From Chlorokybus atmophyticus (Eukaryota > Plantae > Mesostigma and Chlorokybus algae): DNA of 64,000 bases. Location of the stretch: the NCBI GenBank assembly GCA_009103225.1, contig RHPI01002955.1, positions 30,486 to 94,485 of the forward strand, written 5' to 3'. The notes beneath the pieces were generated by a model. That model had not been told where the DNA came from, made no database searches, and saw nothing but the letters and a program-made list of their open reading frames with translations. Position 1 is the first letter of the stretch; each line of letters begins with the position of its first letter. Below are positions 39,029 through 51,569 of this stretch, one piece after another. The position numbers and the translations under genes are program-made.

Positions 39029-41372
39029 TCTCCATGCATGGTCTGTAGTGTCCGAATCTCAACAGGTTATGGGCCCACACTACGCTGGTCTAGCAAGTGT
39101 CTAGAGGCGTGATAACGGCAGTAGGCCAGGCAAGGAGTTCTAGCTAAGTCTTGTGAGGTTGGGTGAGTCCTAGAAGATGGCAACCAACTACGACAAGGTG
39201 ACCGTGGAGCCTTTTGACATGAACAACTACAACACATGGAGCGTGCGCATGAAGATGTTGCTGGTACACAAAGACTTGTGGGAGTGGGTGGACCCGGAGG
39301 AGGCTGACCCTATGTCTACAAGGCAGAGTTCGGTGTTTAAGCAGCAAAGTGGGAGAGCGCTTGCCCTGATCGGTCTCAACGTGAAGGATCATCATGTGGT
39401 GTTGGTGGATGGCTGCAAGACTGCACGAGAAGCTTGGGAGAAATTGGCATCGCACTTCGAGGCGAAGATAGCGCGAGGAAGGTGCAGCTGAAGAAAGAGC
39501 TCGCTGGGTTGAAGAAGCAAGGCGCAGTGGAGCCTCTTACCAAGTATGTGTCGCGTGCACGAGAGTTGCAGAAGGACCTTCAAGGCGTTGGCTATGAGGT
39601 GAAAGAGTCCGAGTTGGTGTGGCAAGTACTGTCTGGGTTGCCTGAAGACTATGACACGGTGATCACGGTCAACTTGGAGGCAGAACCCACGGTGGACGAG
39701 GTGGTTCCAAGATTGCTGCAGGTGGAGTCGAGGCTAGCGAAGAAGCATGAGGAAGGCCCGGAGGCGACGGCTTTCTCAGCGACTTCAGGAAGAGGTACTG
39801 ATCGTTTTCAGCATGGGTCTGGGCGTTTCAGTGGTGATGGTGGCGGTGGTAGTGGTGGTGGAGCGTCGAGGAGTGACAGGGTCTGCTACTATTGCGGGAA
39901 GAAGGGCCACATCAGGGTGCATTGCTCGATGAGGAAGCAGCACGAAGAGGAGCGTGGTGGAGAGAAGCATCATGCCATGACGGGACGTGTTCGAGAAACG
40001 CCTATTGCCTTTCATGCAACAACGGATGGTGAGGCAGCTGGGTGGGTGCTGGACTCGGGTTGCACGAGGCATATGACGGGTGATCGTGAGAAGTTGTCAA
40101 AGTACAAGGTCTTGGAGAAACCTATGAAGGTGAAGTTCGGCAAGACGGAGGTGTTCGCGGTTGGTGTAGGAGAAGCCAAAATCCTGTCCCAGGTTGGAGG
40201 AAGGACGAGGCAAGTGTTGTTGAGAGAGGTTTTGTATGTCCCAGGGCTAGAGGTTAGCCTATTCTCTGTGCGCATCGCGGCGAGAGTTGGTGCTGTGACA
40301 GTGTTTAGTGGGGACATAGGAAGGGTAGTGCTGCGTGGTGTCACAGAGTTGGTTGGCATCAACGTTGGAGGGCTCTACATCATTAAGGAGGTCAAGGGTG
40401 CGGAGATGCACAAGAAGACCAAGGTGGAGGTGTCCAAGTCAGCACCAATTGTGAAGAAGATGAAGAAGAAGGCCAAGGTCGAGCCTGTTACTCATAAGGG
40501 AGCGGGAGCTCAAGAGAAGGTGACGAATAGCGTGTCACATGCGAGTGGTGGAGTGATTCCACATGTGGAGGTTGCTGATGGTGTCAAGAAGGCTGAAGGT
40601 GCAGTTCCGGAGCCCGTGGGAGCCAAAGGCGGCGTTGGCATCAGCAAGGACAAGAAGGAGAAGCATGGTGGTGGTGGTGTGCAGGACGTTGCCGAGAGTG
40701 AGCACGTGGGAGCACATGCAAATGACCATGAGAGTTGCAATAAGGGTGTGCAAGTGAAGAGCTTCAAGGAGGCGCTCATGAGAGGTGCGGGAAGTGTCTT
40801 CAAGATGGTTGGAAGAGCAAAGGATGGCGTGGGAGTTCGTCGCGCATAAGTACGCAAGGAGTTGGCATCGAAGGTGTTAAAGGCCAAGCTGCCCGCGTGG
40901 GAGTGTTGAGGATATTCTTGTATCCGGTCAGCTTGCCCTGTGGATAAGAATAGCCGCGAGAAGATTCAGGCGCGAGAAGGTTCCAGTCGAGAAAGGTCCA
41001 GGCGAGGACTTCAGTCGAGAAGGTTCCAGGCGCGGAGTCGAGTCCGGAGTCTGGAGACTTCCAGGCGCTGTAGAAGAAACGTTGTAGCTCGGTGGTTACG
41101 TCATTGTATGGCGCGTGTCATAGCTTGTTGGAAAGCTCTTGAAAGTAGCTACGTGGTGCAACTTAGAGCGCAGGAATCGGTTGAGTGTAGAAGTCGTGGT
41201 GGCTTCTAGAGTAGACAGGTGCAGAACTGGCGGGTATAAAAGCCCGCGGTATGACTTTGTTGTAATCCTTAGAAAGCCTTTTGTATCAGCCTTGTGTGTA
41301 TGCTCTGGTAGAGTGTGTGTACTTGTGCTTGCACCAACTCCACGCATGGTCTGTAGTGTCCGAATCTCAACA
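39029..41372 (+). mobile_element. Non-autonomous Ty1/Copia element encoding Gag + protease only; 5' LTR internally deleted
   Basis: TSD GAAAG; 3' LTR 40904-41372 (TGTTGAG..CTCAACA); 5' LTR reduced to 39029-39064; PBS GGTTATGGGCCCA at 39065. Confidence 0.93.
39177..40849 (+). CDS. gag: Copia Gag-protease with Lys/Val/Gly-rich tail, one frameshift near 39480
   Basis: NYNTWSVRMKMLL..KDLWEWV, VLSGLPEDYD, CYYCGKKGHIRVHC, WVLDSGCTRHMTG; no integrase, RT or RNase H motifs. Confidence 0.9.
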
Positions 41373-43318
41373 GAAAGCCGCCAGCGAGGCGAAGAAGAGG
41401 CTGGAGCAAGCAGAGAAGGATGAGAGGAGGGCAAGGCAGCAGGAGAAGCAGCAAGAGGCAGACAGGCAGAAGGAGGAGCAGGAGGCAGCAGCTCACCTTG
41501 AGAAGGCACAGAGGGAGAAGACTGCAGCAGAGGCCAACGCCATTCTCATGCGCTATGTTTGGGACCCTGTTTTGTGTGACAACCAAGCAGGAGAACCTTT
41601 CGCAGACACAGCTGAAGACTACGTCAACAACCGCTTTACTCCCCATGCAGCTGCAAGGGAAGCTGGAGCTCGCTGGAGAGCGCAAAGGCACGAGCGCGAG
41701 GCAAGAGAGGCGAGGAGGAGAGCTGCAAAACAGAACAAGTAATTAGCCTAGACATCAAGGCAGCCAAGCAGTTGCAGAACACGCACGCACATTGCATGTA
41801 CCCTAAGCCAGCAACTTGCATGCAACGCTGTACATATGACGTAGCTTGCATAACACAACTACATGCATGCATGCACCACTCCCCAGCTTACACCTCACCT
41901 TGCTTGTCGTGCTTGCTGCTGATGGCGTGCGCCCTCCATCCTTGCTCAACCCCATAATCAGCGCTGCCGCCGCCCACACAACCTCGCAAACTGACTCAAC
42001 TTGGCGGCAAGGTTGCACGCAACCTTGCCGCCAAAAAATGGCTGCAGCCAATAGGCTGCACGGCAACCCTTCAACAGGCATGACAGCACCGCCTGTCATG
42101 CCGATACTTCCACTGATAGGGCCCCACACCCCTCAACCCCTCTCACACCACTCACTGTGCACGAAATGCCTGCCACAGGTACTTTTTACTCACGAAATTA
42201 GGGTGAAATCCGGTTTTGAGATACGCCCTCCACACCTCAACTTTGGCGCGCTGTTGACAGCGCGCCACTAGGCCATAACTCGTGCAAAAAATATCGCTGT
42301 GTTTTGTAGATAAAAACTTTATCTACAAAACGTACAGCCACATCACCGCCAAAAAACCAACGTAGCGGCAGCCATAACCTAATGTATAAAAAAACCTACG
42401 AAGTTCGCTCTATTTACCCTACAAGCTGCAGCTCTGCTGACGTATGCAAGCTGCTTGATGCCTCCGTTGTCTCCGGTGGTAGTGAGCAGCAGACCGCAGT
42501 GCCAGGTCACCGTACCAGGTGTGGGACGCCACGGCACGGTTTAACCCTGCTGCTCCGCCATTGCATTAGAGTGTGGTCCATAGGCCGCGGGACACCACAT
42601 GACCAGCACTGATGTGATCGCGGGAATGGGCCAAATCTGGTACGCAATAACCGCCAAGGTACCGGACCAGTAATGTGCTGGTTAGTAGGCCGCGGGCTTC
42701 GCGACCAGCCTGGTCCTACTGCTCAAGCCGCGTGCTGACCAATGCTGCACTGGTTCGCAGGCCGCGGGGCCCGCGACCAGCCCTGGTCCGGTCTATCGGA
42801 CCAGGCCATCCGGCTCCGGGACCACCGGTGGTCCGGTCACGCCGGACCAGTCGCGGCACTGGTACGCCACAGCGAATCAGACGTGGTCCGCGCGTAAAAA
42901 GCCCTGTGATGCAACGGCAAAGGCATCCAAAGGGGGGCAACCCTGGGGGGCAACCCTCAACACACGGATAAGATCATCACAATAATTGTTGCTCAATTTG
43001 TGCGTGAGAATGCATTGCTTGCGGCTACATCTGGCAGTGATCAATTGTGTGTTACGATTATGGGGAATTAATCTGATGAATGGGGACTTTATCTTCGCGC
43101 ACGTGCTCTTATTTTTTTATTTGCATACACCCCATCCATGTCCACTGCAAGCACTACTCGGCTGGCATGGTTAAATAGAGTATGTACGGATGTGCATGGG
43201 GGTTACGCAGTTGTCTTTTGCATATCACTTGTCCAGAAGGGAATTTCAATGCATTTTCTCGTTTGCGACACGTGCGGACAAGCTGTTCGCAAAATTCCAT
43301 GCGGGCAAGCTTCCACTT

Positions 43319-44463
43319 TGTAACGGGCACCCTATGTGAGTCCTGCGGTAGGAGTCTCTTGCGACTACAAGCTACTGAGCGTCATTTATTGCTACCAAGC
43401 TGGAGCTTGTCCCAATTCTTGGTGCAGCGCTTTGCTCATACGGCTAGATGGGTGATGCTCTCCATGCGGGCCGTTTCTCCCCACAAATTGACATACCCAG
43501 CTGTTGCTATTGCTTCTCACATACGCTTGGAGCAAAGATACCCTGCACCATTTTTTGCACTGTGCAGCGTGCAGGAGGAGGGATCACGCGGACAATGGAA
43601 TTCCTCACTCCGCTGTCTCTCCCCACCTGCTACTTGTGCCGGGAGCGATGTAACGATACCACTCAATTACCTGCTAGTGAGCCTCACCGACTTGCGCACA
43701 AGCACAAAGGACTTATGCAGCACACCCTGGTGCAGCACCTCATGGAGGGAAGACACAACACCAGAGTCGGGTAGGAGAGGATGACCGCCAGTCCTCCAAC
43801 AGCTCCCACACACACACAAGTGCAATTACCAACCAATGCCATATACACACCCCACCAAGGATGAGGGGGGGAGAGCCCCTTCAACAGCTACAACAAGGCA
43901 CCCCACACACAAGTGGCCCTTAAGTGGTGAACACACTTTGATCCCTACTCAAGGTTGCTACTGAGCATATATACCACTTGCCGCTTTCCCTACCTGGCAC
44001 ACAGCATTTTCAAGGTCCAAGGCCTTGTCACTGTGTGCTAACCAAGCAGCACATGCTGACTGTGCCAACACTGGACCTGTTCCATCACAGGACATCAACC
44101 TCGGGATTGTCAAACACAAAACCTTGGGTTTATGAACTGCCACAACCCGTCCTGTGATTGTAAAAACACATCATACTGGCAAATCGCATACTAATTTGTG
44201 ATTTGCCACTTGCAGCACGTATGCAACCCAAGTGTTACAGCACTGGCACTCCACAAGTGATGCATGTCGCATCGACTAGCCCTAAGTGTGCTGATATATT
44301 GTGCAGCTACATAGCCCTATCTACTAAATAGACAAGGACTAACCGCATAAGCACACATGCCAAGTGCTTCACACCATGGCATGCGGAATCCTCACTTGGT
44401 CCCACTTACTTACTACATAAGTAAAGAGCTGAGAATGACTTTCGTCACCCCATAGGCGTGACC
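43319..44463 (-). repeat. LTR-like repeat family C, second isolated copy
   Basis: Shares blocks with 12374-13526 (CACAAGCACAA.GGACTTA, TACATAAGTAA..AGAGAATGACTTT..ATAGGCGTGAC). Confidence 0.65.
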
Positions 44464-45264
44464 AGCAAGGCCATACAGCTTGTCCGTGCAGTCCACTTGA
44501 TGCAGCTGCTTGCCAGCAAGATGCCCGCAGGCCCCTCAGGTGCTGGAGGATGATTGGGTCGCGGCCCCTTCCTCTTCATCGTATTGGAGGTCATGATATC
44601 CAGCTGCTTCGGCAGTGCCTCATCCTCCATCCTCGTTGAAGCCACCTTTTTTGAACATTAACGGGCGGGTTACAGCTTCTCTTTAATTGCCTCGCACTCT
44701 CCCCCCCTCGCCTAACAGCAAAGCCTCGACTCCTGCTGCACCTTCTCAAGTCTCTTCCTCTCCGCACAAGCCCTTGCTCTCGCTTGTGAAACATGAAGGA
44801 GTGCACTTATCTCCCGCTGCCAAGCTCGGAGTCAAGCAATGGGCCCCCACCACAAAGCACCTATCGAGCAATTATCTGCATTAATAGGTCAGGGTCAGGC
44901 TCTTTTGCATGAGTGGCTGCAGCTGCTGCATTCATCATTAGGTTTGGTGCAGCGCCCACCCCCCGTGCCTCACAGCGGTAGGGCAGGTGCGGCCTTCCCT
45001 GCAGCTCCCTAGCCTTGCCTACTAGACACTTTGGCGCCATTCCTTGCAGCTCCTTTTGCCCATGCTCAGACGATGCTCTATCTGCATTAATTCATTCGGC
45101 CCCGCTGACATTCCCTTATGGCCCGGCCCTCCCGCTCAGCGCTCAATGCTGCACCCTCTCTTTTCAAATGCTGGTGCAACATTCTGGAGGTACAAGAAGC
45201 GGGCGGCTCCACTCTTCATGAGTAACAGCCCATCGCCGACCCTGTCATGCAACGCGGCTCCTCT

Positions 45265-45973
45265 TGTAGCAGTCGAGGTCAAATTTCATGATCTTAGGAC
45301 TTTTTGCCCATTTATCGAGCACCACGTTTTTATGACTTGTGGCGGATATCGGCGAGTTGTGAGTCTGCAGCAGATATCGACCGGGGGCCCAAGACCAGAA
45401 CGGAAGGTGCTAGAAAACGGAGGGCTAGTCGAGAAGGGCTCGCCACCACATTTCTTGAAGGGCCTGGCGCCAAATAGTACAACTTGATGATTCTTGCAGC
45501 AAATGAGGAGATTTTCCTCATTTGCTACAAGAATCATCAAGTTGTACTATTGGCATCTTTGGTGCGCAGGAAAGGTGTAAAAGTGTACTACACGGTTCTA
45601 CAAGAATATCTTAGCTTCAAATTCCGTCTAGCTCGAGAAACGTCTGGACAGTAGCATGTGCAGACTGGTAGGTGTAAAAGGGACATTTCACTATGTGCAA
45701 TACAACCTTTAGCTCCCTAGTTTCTTGTGTGCAAGCTTGGTGGTGGTTAGCAAGGGTGGCTAGCGTGCGTCCACTGGTGTGTGCTTGCTTGTGTGACGAT
45801 CCAAGGCGCTACACGAGTCGGTGTAGCTTCAAGCGCATGCGCGTGCGTACGCGAGTGGCGGGGCGCGCGTGTGTGCTTGGAAGAGGGCAAGGTTTCGATA
45901 TGAATACCGTGTCTTGATGAGAGGATTGTTGATTGGACCAACTCACAGGTGACAAGGCACGAGCACCGCCGCA
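45265..45973 (+). mobile_element. Solo LTR of Gypsy family A with TSD CCTCT
   Basis: TGTAGCAG..CCGCA, CCTCT on both sides (45260-64, 45974-78); aligns with 1393-2064. Confidence 0.93.
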
Positions 45974-48294
45974 CCTCTTGTGCGTCCGCTGGCGAGATCG
46001 TGCTGATCGTGTTGAGATAAGCTGTCGCGCACCTTTGCCCAAATCATCAACATCTCATGGGAAGTCACATAAAGAAGCTGCACCTCGTTCCTGTCATTAC
46101 CCAAGGCATGTATTATGGCGCACGAGTCGCTCGTATCCTCCTTACAAACATTACTCAAGCAACGGGCATGCACGTAGGGTCTTATGACACCTCTCTTCTT
46201 CTATACGGCTCCCCAAAATCATTCATTCGTGCAAGCTTGCGCCGCTCTCTTGACAAGCTGCATTATCACATGCACTTGAAGACGGATTATGCTATCTGCA
46301 ATGTAGTAGCGGTGAGCAGGCGAATCATTTCTCTACTCTGGCCGGTGCTTCCTGCTAGCGGGCCCTATGCACCAACTAAGCCCACACAGCAATGGAGCAC
46401 CTTGGGGTGCTCACGTCTCAGCGCAGCGCAATGCTATTATCTCTCTTGCCCCAGCTGCACACCGCGCTCTTGTCGCGTGGCGATATGAGATGCGCGCTTT
46501 TTATTTTCCCCCTCCCTCCACTCCTACCTCTTGTCGTGTCTCTTCACCCCGGATGAACTCCCCCAAAGTCAGGACGGTGGTGAAATGCCTCTGCGAATCC
46601 GTCCTAGAGCACATGGACATGACCCCGCAGCCTTCGCGCGCTGCTGATGCTCGAGCACGCGCTCTCCCCCCCATTGAGCTAGATGCTGTCTGGCCCTGTT
46701 CATGGTCCTACACTCTGCGGCAGGTAGGTAGTGGATGGGAGATTGCATACGCCGTCCTCCCGGCGCCGCTCCCTTCTCAAAATAGGCAACCTTTGAGAGC
46801 AAAGATCGCTTCCCTCTAAAGGAGCACTTACACACAGCAGTTGTGTCGGCGCTTGGCATTCCTTTGATGACCAGCTAGCTCACGTGAGAGGCAGCCTTGA
46901 GCGTGGTGACTATGTTAATGGCGCTCATCTATCGCATCTGGGTCTGGTCAACGCATCTGTCAAGCGACCCCGATGCCGTCTGTATCTATTCCGATGCTGG
47001 CTCGCACAGCGTCCGAATCGACATTTCGCTCATATGCCGTGTTGAATCCAGCAAGGTGTTTGTCTTGAACCCTCTCTCCCAAGTGCGGCGTACCGAGCAG
47101 CAGCAGCTGCATCATCTCGGCAATCTGCAGGTTGAGGTGGATGCTTAGCTTCTACACTCTCTTAAGCGGGACGTGGAAGAGGTAGTTGTTGCCCCCCTCC
47201 CCGCGCTGTTTCCCTAACTTCCTCTAAAATGCACCCCATGCAAAATTTATCATGGGATTCGGGGGCAGCGCATGTCTTTTCACACGAGCCAATAGAGCCT
47301 TCCAATGTCACGCGTGCGTCCTTGAGGACCCAACTCCAAGCAAGTCATTTTCTTGCAAGAAAGCTGAAGCTTAAAAATTTTTGCATGGATTTGTGGCTGC
47401 ACAAGTTCTGGTGCGCGGGGGGGTGTCGCCCGCATTTGAGTGTTGCGGTAGAGTTGCCCAACTGTTCCATTCAATGTGGCATCCTCAGGCCTTTTTTATT
47501 CAATTTTGCAGCAACAGTGAGATGGTGCTGCCCTAGGCTATGGTGGGAGGGTGGCATCCTCCTTCTCGTAAATGTTCGTGCCCACAATTCCTTCTGAGCA
47601 CGGGAGGCTTTTTTTACAATTGAAAGCGCACTTGTTTAGACCGGTGAATTATGTTCGAAGAGAAGAATGAGACAATGGGCGCACACCTTGATTATTCACA
47701 TCTCTCCTCCTACTATGGCGCAGCTCACGGCCTCCCAGCGTCTTGCTTGCTGGGCAATTTGACTTGAGGTACTTACCGGGTCTGTCACCCTGAGCTGCGG
47801 AAGTACACGTGGGCGAAGAAGCAAGCCCTTAAAGACATATAGGCGGCGCGCATTGACCGCTTCTACGGCTCCCGCATTTTGTGCACCTTTTTATATGATG
47901 TGACCATGCGTATTAGGGAGATTCAATTTGCCCACAAGCCCATCGTTGCCACTTATTGTGTTGCATCCGCAGTGCTTAATGGACTGAGCTTGTGCAAGCT
48001 GGACCCTGCCCTGCTCGAAGACGTGCAATTTTGCAACAATGTTGAGGAGGTGTGTCACACTATGAAACGTCAGCAGGGGGCTGCACTTGTCTGATATTTT
48101 AAGAATGGGCTGGCGGACACGGAGTGCCCGGGGCGAGAGCATGCCTAGCGTCATGAAGATGACAATGAGCGGGAGAATTGCACCATTTGCACCCTGCGGG
48201 TTGTCATGCCAGTGAAGAACTTAAGCTACGTTGTCTCGGGATATGACTACATGCAGGGGAATAACAGACTTTGGGCTGGTTGTAGGCATGAGGT

Positions 48295-50735
48295 CACATG
48301 GGGCCAGCGCCTTGTGCCAATACTAGCACAAACCCGTGCTAGTACTGGCACAAAAAGTTTGTGCCAGTACTGGCAACCTGCAAACCAGTCAAGCCATTAC
48401 TGGCACAAACCGTGCCAGTACTGGTCGAAATCTTACAAAGCTACAACTCTCATGCAAATGCTGGCACAAAACCGGACAAATAATGGTTTAAGAAATTTAT
48501 ATCAATATTAAAACCCAATTGAAACAGTGTTCAAACGGCACAAGACCTAAAAGACCCCAAAATTGGCATAAAAGACCTAGTCTATAGAGCTTAAACCCGG
48601 CGGAAGCTTCTGTCGAAACCCGGATAAGTACTGACTCACTCAGCACTTATCCGATCTCAGTGAGCCCGTCTTCATCGCTAACGTGTCAACTACTTATTTC
48701 ATCGTCATCTAACTAATGATTGAGAACTTTTAACTAATAAGACAAGTCGAACGAGTCGGTTAATACACTACATAGCCACTCCAACCAATAGCTTATGTGT
48801 TATAACTAAGTATTTGTAACTTGTAAGCTTGTAACTTATAAGCTGACAAATTGTAGGTGAAGTTCCCGCCCAAGATGCTGGCGGTATTATAGCCGGCAGA
48901 GCTCAGGCTGTGCGGGCGGGCGGTGCAGCCGGCAGGTGCGGGTTTGTGTGCATTGGCTGGCATGGTGTTTGTGTTGCGACAGGTAGCACGCAGCAAGCAC
49001 CTTGCTGCCTAAGCTGCTCAGCGAAGCAGCTAGACGCAAGCCGGCAGCGGACCAGCAGGCAGCAAGCGGCTTGCTGCGTGCTGCCTGCGCACTACATGCT
49101 CTTAACCATTGTTTTGTTTGTTGCTTACCAAGTGTCTGCTTGCTTACCAAGTGTCAAGCTGCTGGCTTGACGCAAGCCAGCAGCTTGCTGCCTGCTGCAC
49201 TCTCTTGCTCTCAATCTCTCCCAATAACTCACGCTCAATGTATGTGTCTGCTAAAAAGCTGCTTGCATTTGTCAAGCTGCTCAAGAACGCAGCTTGACGC
49301 AAGCCAGCAGCTTGCTCCGATTTGCCTGCTGCTCCGACCTTAAACTCGCATGTATTTCGCAGGCAAGTTGCTTGCAGTAACCGCTTACAGCTCACACACT
49401 TGTGGCTTGTTTTGTTCTTGTAGTAGCTTTGTGGTGTTCAGGCACAGCAGCTGACGGTTGCCGTTCTACTTGCTGTTTGCAATCAATGACGGCAAATAAC
49501 TTGGTAAGTTACTCACGCAGTGGCAGGTGCCTAGTGAGCTGCTCAGAGCAGAGTCTCATGGCCGTTTGATGCTTGTGTTGTTTGTTATTTGTTGTTGTTG
49601 TTGTTGCGTTCATGTGTTTACCCACATGTCGTGCATTTGCTTGATACTTACGATGCTGTGCCTGGCAGGCCCGTTGGACGGGTAGCAGAACCACAACCCG
49701 CCCATCGAGCTCACAACCATGCAGCGCGTGCGACTTCAGGTATGGTAGTAAGTCAATCGTGCATATAGGAAGACTGTTGGCTTAAGCCAGTGACACTTGC
49801 CAGCAGCTAGAGCTAGAGCTAGAGCTAGAGCTAGAGCAGTAGTGCATGGCAACTTGAACAACACTTGTGAACTTGTTTCTCTATAAGTCTTACAGCAGAT
49901 ACAGTGCTTTGTGTGCAGCCGCAACATGGCTATTGTACGCGCAAGCAGAACCACAACATAATGGTCACTGTCACTTGTTTGCTTCTTATGGGTTTTTTTG
50001 CTGGTTTGCTAGTTGCTAGTTCGCTTAATGGGTCTGTTGGGCTGTTGGTCTTCATTGCTTTATTGGTTTGCTGGATGGTGTGGGTCTGGTCTGTAAGCCT
50101 AGATGGTTAGGTCTGCTGGGTTGCTGGGCTGGTAGTCTAATAGTTTGTTGCTGGTCTGATTGTGTCAGCTCTGCAGCTACTGCGTTGGAGCAGGCGATGG
50201 CGCTGGAGCTGGCGTTGCAGCTTGCGCTCGAGCTAGATGTTAGAGACTAGTTATTATTATCAATGTTGTGATTACTGTCGTTGCATATGCAAAACATTAG
50301 CTTTATTGTTTTTCAATTGTTTGTGTGACCTTCACGCATAACCACAATGGCAATGCTATGAGCATGCGCAATAGCTGGTGCCAATACTGGCACGCAACAG
50401 CCGCACTTCATAACGCCCACGCTAGCGCTGGCACAATCTTCATGTGCAAGTGCTGGTACATGAAGATTATGTGCCAGTGCTTGTTTTTTTTTTCATTTTT
50501 TCCAAGGACCAGTTCAGGCACGGTTGTGTTGTGCCAGTGCTGGCTCCGGATTTATTATGCTAGTATAGGTAGTAAACCGCTTGTGCCAGCGACTAATCTG
50601 TGATTAGCGACCGGTGCTGGCATAAGCGGTTTGATGCCAGTTTTAGATGGTTTTGAGCCTAGACCCGAAAAGCCCATGCCATTACTGGCACAAATGGGCC
50701 GTGCCAATACTGGCACGGCCTGCAGGCCCGATGTG
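48295..50735. mobile_element. CACAT-ended non-autonomous CMC-like element, 2-bp TSD
   Basis: TIR CACAT(G/C)GGGCC(A/T)GC; TSD GT; many TACTGGCAC/GTGCCAGT subterminal repeats; the empty site is seen in A2 (GGCATGAGGTAG). Confidence 0.85.
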
Positions 50736-51569
50736 GTAGATAGATGTGCTTGTAGAAGCATATTTAGACAGTAATGTCTGTTGGGTTTTGTGATGGGAAG
50801 GTAGAGATGAGGATGTTATCGAGTGAGGGGAAGTGCATTTGGCAAGTTGCAGTCAATGTAACCGGACATCAGCGTAATTCAAAACTGATGGGTGTAATCG
50901 GAACTATTTTGGGAGTTGTGAGTGGAGAAGGACTAGTGGAAGGAGTGGGCATCCATGTGGCAGTCAAAAGCTGAACATGGAGACGATCTACTCATCATTT
51001 GAGGAGTGGATTGGAGCTGAAGCTTGAGGAGAGCAAGTCCAAGCTAGCTTTGACCATGGTCTAGTGCATACCTAATTGGTTGTGCTAGATTTAGACATGC
51101 GAGTTATATCGTTGACTTGTTCATTGTATAAGTAGTGTCACTGATTAGATGTAGCTATCTGGTCAGCAAGTTACCATACCATACCAAGTTACAAGTGCCA
51201 TAACAATAGCGCAATACATTATCGTGTGTTGTATGTAATTGGTGCCTTAGCTGAGACTGTTGTTGTGAGTATGTGACATTGGCACATACCATCATTTCCT
51301 GCTTAGCAAGTACATCTACAAGAAGGACGAGGACGTCATCATCACCATCTTGTAGACTGTTCACTTGCTGATCAGATATAGGGACTTTGATGGTTGGTAA
51401 GACCGGTGTGTGGTTGACGAGATAGTCAATGGTAGCATGGCTAGAGTGTTCAGTCTCATATAGGATGACACTAGCAGCACCAGCACATCATTGTCACTCA
51501 GTGAAAGGCTAGGAACATTGTCATTAAGGGAGCTTGTTGTGAAGTTCAAGGCTGAGTGTTTGCAATGGG

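Larger units (their letters stand above)
37189..41742 (+). pseudogene. pogo-type transposase (psq HTH, CENP-B HTH, DDE_1, coiled-coil tail), intron-containing, interrupted by Copia
   Basis: RELNMPYTTFRD, LSEAEEKDL..PGRKWCDAF..RN, ADEIG, VTLMCAVSGAG..PPLVI.KG, NAWMT..F..W, LLVIDGH, LPPHTTH.LQ.LDVSCFHPFK. Removing the Copia restores VKK-AASEAKK in frame. Confidence 0.92.
36441..42419 (+). mobile_element. Full-length pogo/Fot1-like (Tc1/mariner, DDE_1) DNA transposon
   Basis: Perfect 24-bp TIRs GGGTAAATAGAGCGAACTTCGTAG (36441-36464, 42396-42419) flanked by TA. Confidence 0.95.
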
